This document shows, piece by piece, positions 40,373 to 51,972 of a stretch of 64,000 nucleotides of DNA. Location of the stretch: assembly GCA_050084515.1 (NCBI GenBank), contig CM114271.1, positions 17,980,001-18,044,000 on the forward strand, read 5' to 3'. Every line of letters starts with the position of its first letter. Within the stretch, counting starts at the first letter, position 1. The position numbers and the translations under genes were made by a program. The notes beneath the pieces were generated by a model. It saw only the letters and a program-made list of their open reading frames with translations. It made no database searches and had not been told where the DNA came from. Origin of the DNA: Blasia pusilla. Its lineage: Eukaryota.

Positions 40373-41325
40373 TGCTCCAGGATAAAGGCATGATTCCACG
40401 CATGCCTTACGAGGTCTTTGGCACTTCTCTATAGCTCTCGAGTCGTACCCCACAATGGTGAAGAGGTCTTGCCAACATGGGAAGAGACACTCGCCATGGC
40501 ATGTCTCTCCGTGGGACTATCCGCTAATGGGACATCCTCCACATGTGCGTTCCCCTCCAACAACTCTCCTGGCCAGCTAACACTACTTGTGAAAGCTGCC
40601 AACGTGGTCACAGACTTGTCTCGTGATCGACCACCTTGTCCCGTAAATTGCACGGGTGACTGATTCATCCGGCTGTCACCTGACCACCAGCCGATGAGCA
40701 ATGGTCTTCTCCCAGAAGTCAAGGATGAATCCTAGGGGATATAACACTGTACTCCCCACCAACACATTGTACGACTCAGTTGGTGTCGTAATCACATGTG
40801 CGCACCATAGCACTATCCGTTGCATGCCCTGGCTGGACTCTGACAACTATCTCCTGTCGAGTCATATACTGTGTGGGTGATACGCCCACAATCGAGGTCT
40901 GTATGTGGAAGGGACAAGGCTCAATGTCGGCCTTCCGTAACCCCAACGCTAAACACGACGCCTTCCCTAACATCAAGGGTTGTGCTCCCAAATCAAGTAG
41001 GACGCGCTACGGATGGTATACTGTTCTCATCCGACTAACCAAGCGAAATACTCCAACTCGTTTATCCAGTAACACTACTCCAGGTGTCACCACTGCTCGC
41101 TCTATGGCTGGTCGAGTTGGCATATCTACCAACTTTGTCGCCGCCACATGCCATGACTCTGTGGGGGACGTCCCGAGCATCGGCTCTAAGGCCAAGTCCA
41201 CCACCTCCTCAACTACCTCTGAACAAGAAGCAGTTACCTCTCCACGCTCACACAATGTGGTGGCCAGCCGGAACACCTCAGCTGGTCCAACTCCCAACGT
41301 CGCCAACTCTATGGCGGAAAATAGC
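40373..41325 (-). pseudogene. Host element H: aspartic protease and linker region
   Basis: Collinear with 45940-46889 of copy C; VLLD(L)GAQPLMLGK protease motif, interrupted by a stop. Confidence 0.85.
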
Positions 41326-41539
41326 TGTCGTGCGCATACATATCGCTACACAACATACATCGCTGGTCACATCTACACCACACAACACCGATCTTCCCCA
41401 CACACGGGTCGATCCACACATGTACAAAAATAAACTCATACATATACATGGAGATCACTCAACCGCCCCCCTAGCTGGCACTTGGATCCCTCCAACTCCA
41501 GATAGAAAATATCACATCTCTCTGACATGACCTACAACC

Positions 41540-43056
41540 CTATACACATCTCGGACACATCCATCGTCCCGTGGGAACCACATCAAGAGGGGGGGGTCAG
41601 ACATGACATATGCCATCCTCTAGAACAACCATCACATACCAACATGGTGGCTGCACCCCTCGCAGATCCGCACAATATACACCTCAAGCCTGCAGGTACC
41701 ACTGCCAAGCTTGGATCCACCATCCCATCTACGTTCGGAAGATGACATGGCGCACAATTGCGCACATGATCCTTCCAAACCATACCATCTCGTCCCTCCA
41801 ACATGAGGACTCCGGTCGGTAATACCTCGCGCACACGTAGGATCGTGCGCCCTGCAGTGACATCTAGCGTCGTGGGTGCCGCCTGCTGTAAATACACGTA
41901 ATCTCCAGGATGAAACCTCCTAATCCCTGGACGATAACCTCCTCCACAAATGGTCGCGTACCTCAATGTATCTCTATGCTGGGCAATAGCTAAGTTCTCA
42001 AAGGCCATAGGCATAACTCTACGAAAAACTTCTGCCCTCTGAGAACATGCTTGCACCCACACATCTGGATCATCAAGATCTAACACCTCCGCCATGTCAC
42101 GTCGAATCGCTGCAGGTAAATCTGGCTCTCTCCCAAAGAGCAAAAAGTACGGTGAAAATGACGCCAAGGATGCCTGCCGACTAAAGCGATAACCCATAGC
42201 CAACCATGGCAACTGTAGGTCCCACTCCCTCAACTGTCCTCGCTGCAAGCCATACTTGCGCAATCCTCTCTTCACCGTCTGTACCACTCTCTCCGCCAAT
42301 CCATCCGCCTCAGGATGATCCCTGGACGTGGTGCGCTGATCTATTAGCGCCTGATCACACAAGGCCTGAAACTCTCCCATGAACTCGGTACCCTGGTCAG
42401 TCAACACCTCCGCCGGTGCACCAAAGTGACTAAGCACACGATCTAGAAACGCATAAGCTAATCCCTCGCTCGCCTTGTCTGGTAGTGCCACCAACTCTAT
42501 CCACTTGGAGAAATGCTCCACCATGACCAACACGTACCTATGATGACGCCCTGTCAATGGCAAAGGTCCCGCAAAGTCTAAACTCCACCGATAACCTAAA
42601 CCCATAATCGGCAAAGGATGTGACTGCGGAGTGGGAGCATTGAAGGATGCTCGCACTCTGTCACATACCATACATCCGCCACAAACTCTGTACCCTCAAG
42701 TATGCATGCCGCCACCAATATCTGAACTGGAGTAAGCTGTAAGTACGCTTTACTGCGAAATGTCCCAACTCCTCATGGGCATGTCGCACTACACGTGCTC
42801 GCTGGGAAGGATGAGGTACCACTCGTATCCTACCATCTCCCCATACCCGCAAAATGTGAGTCCCCTCCCACATGAACCTCTTGGCTCTCTGTAGGATCCG
42901 ATCTCGCTCCCTAGCACTCACTGTACTCGCAATGACGCCAGTGCGCAAGAAGTCCACAACCTCCACGTCGTCATGGATATCACGACCACCTGTCGCCTCC
43001 TCACTAACCTCCGGATCCAAAGACTCATCATCCAACCCCACCATTGGAGTCATCAC
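41540..43056 (-). CDS. Copy C integrase (HHCC + DDE core) with C-terminal PHD finger; frameshifted
   Basis: AHEELGHF...C..C; DFAGP / TDQG / AERVVQT catalytic triad; CILCGSARGAATMLVCDGCSRGWHMSCLTPP(L)..VPTGRWMCPRC (C4HC3). Confidence 0.9.
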
Positions 43057-43199
43057 CTATGGCTGACCTACCATAGTCAACCAACAAAGATAGGCAGATG
43101 CATGCCAACCGGGCACCATCTCCTCATCACTCTCTCCGTGCCATCGAGCTCCCGTGACGTCTCTCTGACTCGGACATGGGTTATGACTCAACCCATCCG

Positions 43200-44500
43200 C
43201 ATCCTGGTTCAGCCGATCTGGCCTATGAACCACCTCAAACTCATACTCCTATAGTAATAGAGCCCACCTGGCAAGCTTTCCCGTAAGCTTGTCGGACTCC
43301 ATCAACCACTTCAACGGCTGATGATCAGTGATAAGTGTGAAAGGGTTGCCAAATAAATAGCACCTAAAATGTGCCACGGCCCACACTGCAGACCAAGCAC
43401 TCTCCCTCATAGAGTGCCCGCCTCTGCAATGTTGTTCGATCGACTCGCGTAAGCCACAACGAACTCCCTCTCCTCGTCATCCCTCTGAGTAAGCATTGCT
43501 CCTAGACCCAACATGCTCCAATCCGTATGTAACTGGAATGGGCGACCCCTAACCGGTCTCTGTAAAATGGGTGAGGACGTCAACTTTGTCCCTGAGCTCA
43601 TGAAATGCTCGCTCTCGATCATCTCCCCACAACCACACTGATCAAGTTTGTCAACAAGGTCAAAGACTTTGCGATCGCACTAAAACCCTTGACATAAGTC
43701 GAGAAGTTCGCCACCCAAGAAATGCTTGGACTCGACTCACATCTGTAGGGCGTGGAATCTGCGCAATAGCCTCTACCTTCGTCTGCTGAACGCCTAACCC
43801 AATCGGGTATATGGTGTGTCCCAAGTACTCAATCTGCTCCTAAAAGAATCTGCACTTGCCTGGATGTAACTTTAGTCCATGTAACTGCAATCGCCGAAAC
43901 ACCTCCTCCAAGTGTCGCTCATGCTCCTCAACCGTGGAAGTGAAGATAAGAATATCATCTATGTAACATCGTACAAAATCCAAGCCAGCCAAAATCCTAT
44001 CCATCACTCTCTGAAACTCCGGAGGCGCGTTCTTCAACCCAAATGGTAAGAACCGCCACTGATACAAGCAATCTCTCCCGAACCGATCTATCCCCCAGAA
44101 TGTTGTCTTCTCCCTGTCCTCCAACCTGATAGGAAGCTGATGATAGCCAACATGGAGATCTAAAGTACTGAAGATCTTTGCATGCCCTACCGCATCAAAG
44201 ATCTCTCAGAGTAGGCATGGCATACCGATCGACTCTCAAATGCATCGGTTGATAGGACGGTAATCTCCACACATCCGCCTATCCGTCCAATTGCCATACA
44301 TATCCTTCTTCGCGGCATGACTGCGTGGCGGATGCATACTCCCCATGTGACAACTCCACAAGTCCCGCCTCCAACAAGTCATGACTCTGCTCGAATCAAG
44401 GCTCGCTCCATATCAGAATACTGTAGGGTCGACGAAAGATCGGCGTATCACTAGCCAACTCAATCCGTATCCGGGACCCTTCAGCGTACCCAAGTCTCTC
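43200..44500 (-). CDS. Copy C reverse transcriptase and RNase H; many 1-nt indels
   Basis: RMCGDYRPIN, LPFGLKNAPPEFQR, YIDD, KC.FF, HTDWS, VVAYASR, TDHQPL. Confidence 0.9.
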
Positions 44501-44899
44501 ATCATCAAGGCAAAACAACCGACATGCCCTCTACGGAAACCTATGAACTCGCCGTCGCTCTCCTCCTATCAACTTGAGACCTATCACAGGCTCCCAAGTC
44601 TCCATCGTGACCTCACTCGGAGAGGGCGCAACCTCGGCTTTGGTTGCTATGTAGCAACCCTAGCCACCTCATGACCACTCCACTCGACCTCCTACACCAT
44701 GCTCCACATCCGAAAAATGAACATGTGCTACTCTAGCCGCCTTCGCACTCTCTCGCTCGAACGACGCGTCGGGAAGTCCATGGGTGCCTATCTCTCCTCG
44801 TCTCGCCTTTGACCAATGCTCAGACCACCGTCAGAGGCGTGGTCCAACTCGTGGGCGTGACGGCATGGATGACACTCGCATCCGTCTCGCCACCATACC

Positions 44900-45850
44900 T
44901 GGTGACTATCCATGTGAGACAGTTGAGGTCCATCGCTTTGCCCTAACACTGTCTCCGTGATGCCTCGGTCATCCTCGGCACCGCCGTGGTACCGTAGTGA
45001 ACCCCATGGCGCTCGCGCTCATCTCGCTGTAGGCTCCTCCAATACTCCGCTCACCTCATCCCAAATCATGCCTGGTCCTCCTCGACAAAAGGCATGGGAT
45101 CTTTGGAAGCTCACCAACGAGGTAAGGCTGCCCTCAACTCCCCCACCCTATTGGCCGTGACCAACGGTGGTCTATCATCGCGTGTCACCACCTGAGATCG
45201 ACGCCCTCAGTCCAAAATAGCATCCACCGTGAGATGCGATGCTCTCTAGACTCCACTGTAGGCTCGACTCAGTACCTCTGATGGTATCAGGTTTGTCCAC
45301 CACAGTCGTAGACGATGGGCACGTGACCCAACTCTCGCTGCATCTAACAACACAGCCGGTCCCAACCAGGACCTCACCTGATGTACACTCGTCATCACAC
45401 GTGCACGAGTATCTCCCAACAACAACACGTTCTCCAAAATGTACGCAGGAGAACATATCTGACTCTGCTGCAAGTGTCGTACTACTCGCAGCATCTCCCA
45501 AAACATCCCTGACCTCGGATCTTGCAATCCAAATCCTCGGCCAGATGATGAATGACCCTGACATGGCCATCGAGCAATCACCAAATGAATGGTGCCAACT
45601 CTATCCAGATCCTGCGCCCCCACCAAAGATATGTCGACGGGTAGCGTATCTTTGGTATCCCGTCATCGAGATATCGACAACAACTCAGGATACCTCTTGA
45701 CCAATCTCGCCACGTGACGTAATGATACTCGCCGCGCGGTCTCATCTCTCTCCACATAAAGGTATTGATGCACCCGTATGCCCGCCTGCAATACTGCAGC
45801 CAATCCGGTGCTAATCCCTCCAAAGAGATCTAACACCCTAACACCCTCCT
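44900..45850 (-). CDS. Copy C DNMT3-like C5 cytosine methyltransferase domain between protease and RT; frameshifted
   Basis: Motif I VRVLDLFGGISTGL, II YLYVE, IV LVIARWPCQG, VI YILENV, VIII DAARVGSRAHRLRLWWTNL, X LGQ(A)MDLN, in canonical I-X order. Confidence 0.9.
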
Positions 45851-46289
45851 CTGGGCACTGCCACACAACATGTGTGGTATCTAGTGGGGTCATCGTCTCC
45901 ACTCCAAGAGCCCGATCGCCACGTGACTCTCTGCTGCCTGGGATAAAAACATGACTCCACGCTTGCCTCACGAGGTCGTCGGCACTCCTCTCTGTAGCTC
46001 TCAGTCGTGCCCCATAATGGTGAAGAGGCATCGCTAACATGGGAAGAGACACCCGCCATGGCCTGTCTCTCCGTGGGACTATCCGCTCTTTGGGACATCC
46101 TCCGCATGTGCGTTCCCCTCCAACAACTCTCTGGCCGCCTAACACTACCGTGAAAGCCGCCAACGTGGTCAGACTCGCCTCGTGATCGACCATCTCGCCC
46201 CCAAATCGCACGGGTAATCGACTCATCCGACCGTCACCTGACCGCCATCCTGGCCGATAAGCAACGGTCTCCTCCCAGAAGTCAGGATG

Positions 46290-48750
46290 AATCTAGGGGA
46301 TATAACACTGTACTCCCCACCAACACATCGTACGACTCAGCTGGTGTCGTAATCGCACGTGTGGCGCACCATAGCACTATCCGTCGCATGCTCTGGCTGG
46401 ACTCTGACAACAATCTCCTGTCGAGTCATATACTGAGTGGGTGATACGCCCCCAATCGAGGTCTGTATCTGGAAGGGACAAGGCTCAATGTCGGCCTTCC
46501 GTAACCCCAACGCTAAACACGCCGCCTTCCCTAACATCAAGGGTTGCGCTCCCGAATCAAGTAGGACGCGCTGCGGGTGGTATACTGTCCCCGTCGGACT
46601 AACCAAGCGAAATACTCCAGCTCGGTTATCCAGTAACACTACTCCAGGTGTCACCACTGCTCGCTCTATGGCCGGTCGAGCTGGCATATCTACCAACTTC
46701 GCCGCCGCCGCATGCCATGACTCTGTGGGGAACGTCCCAAGCACCGGCTCTGAGGGCAAGTCCACCACCTCCTCAACTACCTCTGAACAAGAAGCAGTCA
46801 TCTCTCCACGCTCACACAACGTGGCGGCCAACCGGAACACCTCAGCTGGTCCAACCCCCAACGTCGCCAACTCTAAGGCGGAAAATAGCGGAGTCTGACT
46901 CACTCTAGTGGCCACCTCCAACATCAGAGTCGACACCGACTCACTCGAGCCGGTATAGGAGTTGTCACTCCAACTCTCATGACGCCGGCGTAGGTGCTCG
47001 ATATGTAGGCACCGCTGGTCGTCGAGGCACCATCGATGGTGTGTGTAGTGCCTCCGACAATGTGAACGACTGTGGAACCCTGGCCTGCCGCCCATCGGTC
47101 CCCTCTGGTGGGTCAATCTCAACTCCACCTCTTGATGGCTCGGTGCCTCTCGCAGCACCCCGAGTCACCACTGCAGCTGCCTCAACGTGGGCTGCACTAC
47201 ACATGAATCCCATATTGAGAGATCTCACCCAGTCGGGTAAGAGGTAGAGGCCGAGTCACACTGTGGCCGCTCGCGACTCCGTGCCTTCCTAAGCCGCATC
47301 ATCGTCATGGCGGCAATCCTCGCTCCAACCGATTGATGCGTGAGAGAAGTGCCGGCTCTGGTGCTCCTGCTCCATCTCCTCTGGCTGGTGGTGGTCCTCT
47401 ACCACCACGTCCAGGAAGAACTCCCCGACCTCCTCCAGGACGACCGCCCCCAGGCCCTCGGCCTACCTCTGGACGTGCCCCTCGGCGAAGGTCAAAACAT
47501 CTATCCCTAGTATGACCATATCTGTGGCAATGGTCACACTGTGTCCGTGGGTGGGGCCATCCTCTGGGCTCTGCGCAATCGAGGCGCTGGTGGTCCTCTC
47601 CCATGCTGTGGGCAGTCTCTCTGCCTATGGGCCTCTCCACACGTCCAACAAGACCCCATCGGTCCCTGTTGGGCAACATATGTAGGTGCAGGTCGTTGCC
47701 TCATAGGCTCACGGTACCCGCCCTGCTCTCTAGGCACACTGGCCCGCTCCCGTGGTACTGGTGCTCGCTGTGGCACCGGTGGGGTCACCGCCGCTCGTGG
47801 ACCCGTCGACTCTCGAGAAAATCCAGCGGTCACTACCTGCTCCTCACTCATGTTGATCTCAATATGCTCAGACAACTCAAAGACCACCTTCAATGTGGGC
47901 TTCTTTGTGTGAATCTGCACCGCATCTTGGACTCTCCTCCGTAGTTCTCGGTCCAGAACCCCATACCAATACTGGACTGACTGCGCCTTAGTCACTCCAA
48001 ACGTCGCAATGATCAGCCTCCTCATGCGTGTGAATGCCTCTCTCAGACTCTCACCCGATCGTCGCTGAAAATCCTGTAGACTCTTCAGCTTGTCGGTGCG
48101 TGCAGACGCCTGGTAGCTCTTTCCCAAGCGCCGGAAGAACTCCACTGTGGAGCTTAAGCTGGGTGGACCTCTACCACCAGAGGTCTCTGCCACATCGCAT
48201 GTGTCACTGTCCTCCTCTCCATCTAGTCTCCGGGCTGATGGTGTGGGTCTCTCTCCTCTCACAATCCCATCATATGCCTCGCGACCACTAGTGGACACAT
48301 ACCCTGGAGCCCAATACATCCTCCAGGCATCGATCTCTACTGAATATAGTGATCGAAACTCCATGTAGTCATCCATCGGAGGACCCTCCAAATCTTTGGA
48401 ACAACCCCTTCCATGCCATGAAAGGGTTGAACCGTGTCGGGGTCCGTATCTCCTGGAAGTCGCACCATGTGTCAAACTCCTGGATGAAATCATCTAAGTC
48501 GATGGTGCCCACTGCACCCGAGAAACGACGCATGCCCCGATGGCCCATGTCGTCCATCTCCTGCCAAGTACTACTGTCTCTTTCGGTGATCTCATCACCA
48601 GACCGAGTGTCCAATGATGACGATCCAGTCACAGATGGCTGTCGAGGTAGCTCCTCACTGGTAACCCCTCGATATCTCACTCCACTCCGTGTTACACCAC
48701 TACTACTGCTCGCACTACCCCGTTCTTCCGAACCCTGGAAGAACGCCGTG
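46290..48750 (-). CDS. Copy C gag (two CCHC knuckles) and aspartic protease; frameshifted
   Basis: RRFSGAVGTIDLDDFIQEF capsid N-terminus; CWTCGEAHRQRDC and CDHCHRYGHTRDRC; RGG-rich linker; VLLDSGAQP protease. Confidence 0.85.
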
Positions 48751-50065
48751 ATGACAAACCTTGTCTCACCCGCTCAAGCACTCAGACTCACCGAGAGTCT
48801 CCCACACGCCTCACTAGCTCACCTATGCGAACATCAATCCCGTGATGACATACCCGACCTCACGCACGCTCAACACTCGGGCTCACGATGAGCCTCCCAA
48901 CTGACTCACCTAACCTAGCGACACACTCTCGGGTCATACACGTGACCCCTACTCGGCAACCGCCGTATATCCACCAACATGCTACACATGAAAAGAATCT
49001 ACACTCGTCACCATCACTGCACCCATCTAGCACCAGCTACTACCCGATACCCAGCACTCTCAATCACACACGACAAGTGCGGGAAAAGGGACTCGAATGG
49101 GTAACCTGATCACGCCCTCCAACCTGCTGCACCGTCAATATGCACTCCTCCACATGATATGAAAATCTCCGCCACATAACACTCCCCTCGACCAACACGT
49201 CGATCCTCCCGTCAATAGATGCGGACAATCCGTCGGCATCATGCACACTGCCCCTCCAGCGTAAACTCTCGCAACGCCCTATGCGCGCCTCAAAAACAAC
49301 ATGTCACGCCCGCTGCCCAACTTGTCGATCACTCAGCACGTCGACATCCTCCCTGCCCTCACGTTGCCCATGCGCACCGCGTTCGCCGGACCGACCTCGT
49401 CCGTCCTACCACGTTAAATTCGATCGTCCGACCGCCGTCGGTGCTACCACGTTGGAAAGAGGGGAAGAACTTGGGCCGCGGCCCTATCGGCCCCTTGGGC
49501 CCTAAATGCGCTGGGGCACTGCCACTGCCCGCTGTCCGCCCGCCCCCGCCACGCGCCCTGCCGTCCGCCGTCCGCGCCCTGCCCTAAATTTCACGACCTA
49601 ACTCTAGCCGCTTTTTGATGACCCCGGCGTTGCAAGACCCAACTTGCCCGTTCCTTCTCTTTCGACGCCTTCACTTGCGTACACCCGATGCCCTACCACA
49701 CGCTACACTCATTCTTTGTCTCCCAACAATCTGCACGACAAAATCTGAGAAAACGGACAGCGCTTCCGCCCACGGCCTTCCGAACAGAAAAATGACACAA
49801 ATTGACACACACACGTCTCCAGGGGCTCCCCAACCGAGGCAACTCGCTTGCCTACCTGCAAACAACGAATTCCCACCAGCCCCCTGACATCTTTCTCATG
49901 TAAAAATAAAGAGTAGTAAAAACGACACACCCGGCCTAAAACTCCACTCCTCAATCTACATCGGCATATCGAGCCTCGTCCACCTTGTGCTATCAAGGAA
50001 TCCGGACGCTGCTGGGTCCCTAGTCCTAGCTCACACACATACAAGGGAGGTGCTCCAACGGCCCA

Positions 50066-50110
50066 ACATGAGAAAGATGGCTTAAGAAAGCCATCTTCCT
50101 CTCTTATATA
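50066..50110 (-). promoter_or_regulatory. Copy C TATA box and predicted TSS/self-primer
   Basis: TATATAA at 50110-50104 (minus). 31 nt downstream begins CATCTTTCTCATGT (50079-50066), the exact complement of 49901-49888. Confidence 0.6.
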
Positions 50111-50383
50111 GGTTGGGAAGAGCCAAAAGGCTCTTCTCCTAAAAATATCCCTTCCCTTGGTAACCTGTGTGCACAGGTTACCAAGGGCAGGTGACCTGGT
50201 CAACAAGTCACCTGGCTGTAAAAGATCTCAATATGAAAGTCGTCAGAAATGACGTTCCTGACACAATGGACCTATCCTCAACCTCATCCGACATTGTGGG
50301 ACAAAGTTACATTCAAGATAGTCCGCTGGCTCCTACGCCCTATCCACGATAGATCTCGGCCTATCGGCTACTCAGATGTGACA

Positions 50384-51972
50384 TAGCCGAGTCTGGCTCA
50401 CTCTAGTGGCCACCTCCAACACTATGGTCCACACTGACTCCACTCGAGCCAACAAAGGAGTTGTCACTCCAACTCCTCGTGACATCAACTTACGTGCCTG
50501 ACTTGTAGGCACCGGTGGTCATTGAGGCACCATCGACGGTGTGTGTAGTGCCTCTGACAATGTGCATGACTGTGGAACCCTGGCGTACCGCCCATCGGTC
50601 CCCTCATGTGGATCAATCTCAACTCCATCTCTTGATGGCTCGGTGCCTCTCACAGCACCCCGAGTCACCACTGCAGCCACCTTAACCTGAGCTGTACTAC
50701 ACATAAACCCTATACTAGCGAGATCCTCACTCGGGTCAGGATAAGAGATAGAAGCTGAAGCCACACTAGCTGCTCGCGGCTCCGTGCCTTCCTTGAGCTG
50801 CATCGTCGTCATGGCAGCAATCCTCTACTCCAATTGATCGATGCGTGCGAGAAGTGTCGGCTCTAGTGCTCATGCTCCATCTCCTCTGGCTGGTGGTGGT
50901 CCTCTACCACCACGTCCAGGAAGAACTCCCTGACCTCCTCCAGGACAATCGTCCCCAAACCCTCGGCTTAGCTGTGGACGTGCCTCTTGACGAAGGTCAA
51001 AAAATCTATCCCTAGTGGACCATATCTATGGCAATAGTCACACTAGTACTGTGGTGGGGCCATCCTCTGTGGCTCTTTAGTAATCGGAGCCGCTCGTGGT
51101 CCTCTCCCATTTTGTGTGCAGTCTCTCTGCCTATGGGCCCCTCCACACGTCCAACAAGATAACATCGGTCCCTGTTGGGCAACATATGTAGGTATGGGTT
51201 GTTGCCTCATAGGCTCACGGTACCCACCCTGCTCTCTAGGCACACTCGCCTTCCCGCGGTACTGGTGCTCGTTGTGGCACCTGTGGGATCACTGTGGCTC
51301 GTGGACCTATCGACTCTCGAGAAAATCTAGCGGCCACTACCTGCTCCTCACTCATGTTGAGCTCAGACAACTCAAAGACCACCTTCAATGTGGGCTTCTT
51401 TGTGTGAATCTGCACCGCATCTTAGACTCTCCTCCGTAGTTCTTGGTCCAGAACCCCGTACCAATACTGGATTGACTGCGCCTCAGTCACTCCATACGTA
51501 GCAATGATAAGCCTCGTCATGGGTGCGAATGCCTCTCTCAAACTCTCACCCAATCATCGTTGAAAATCCTGTAGACTCTTCAGCTTGTCGGTGCATACGC
51601 CTTGGTAGCTCTTCCCCAACTTTCAAAAGAACTCCACTATGGGACTAAAGCTGGGTGGCCCTCTACCACCAGAGGTCTCTGCCACATCACTTGTCTTACT
51701 GCTCTCCTCTCCATCTAGTCTGCAGGCTCATGGTGTGGGTCTCTCTCCTCTCAAGATCCTATGGTATGCCTCGTGACTACTAGTGGACACATACCCTGGA
51801 GCCCAATACATCCTCCAAGCATTGATCTCTACTGAATATAGTGATCGAAACTCCATGTAATCGTCCATCAGAGGACCCTCCAAGTGTTGGAACAACCCCT
51901 TCCACGCCATGAAAGGGTTGAACCGTGTCGGGGTGCGTATCTCTTGGAAGTCGTACCACGTGTCGAACTCCT
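50384..51972 (-). pseudogene. Host element H gag, central and 3' part
   Basis: Collinear with 46886-48481 of copy C; knuckle CWTCGGAHRQRDC; in-frame stops. Confidence 0.85.

Larger units (their letters stand above)
41326..50383 (-). mobile_element. Copy C: near full-length Ty3/gypsy-type element gag-PR-DNMT3-RT-RH-IN-PHD with non-homologous ends (Y...X) and a 4-bp TSD
   Basis: Plus-strand termini TGTCGTG (41326) and TGTGACA (50383). TAGC is duplicated at 41322-41325 and 50384-50387; removing the block restores GGAAAATAGC(G/C)GAGTCTG.CTCACTCTAG as seen intact at ~46880. X 41326-41461, PPT 41462-41474, Y 49902-50383. Confidence 0.9.

Noticed and set aside
44900-45850. Host DRM/DNMT3 gene or bacterial restriction-modification contaminant
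   Set aside because: Intronless, at a fixed position between PR and RT in two diverged copies, non-permuted motif order, and no endonuclease nearby.
49865-49885. GGGGGCTGGTGGGAAT (and TGGGGGAGCTCG at ~61655-61669) as a tRNA-Pro PBS
   Set aside because: Poor match, and offset from the Y boundary defined by repeat homology; the self-complementary segment fits that boundary exactly.
41326-50383. DIRS/Ngaro tyrosine-recombinase element or Ginger DNA transposon
   Set aside because: No tyrosine recombinase motifs seen. It has a protease, a DDE integrase and a TSD (unlike DIRS/Ngaro), and gag, RT and RNase H with no long TIRs (unlike Ginger).
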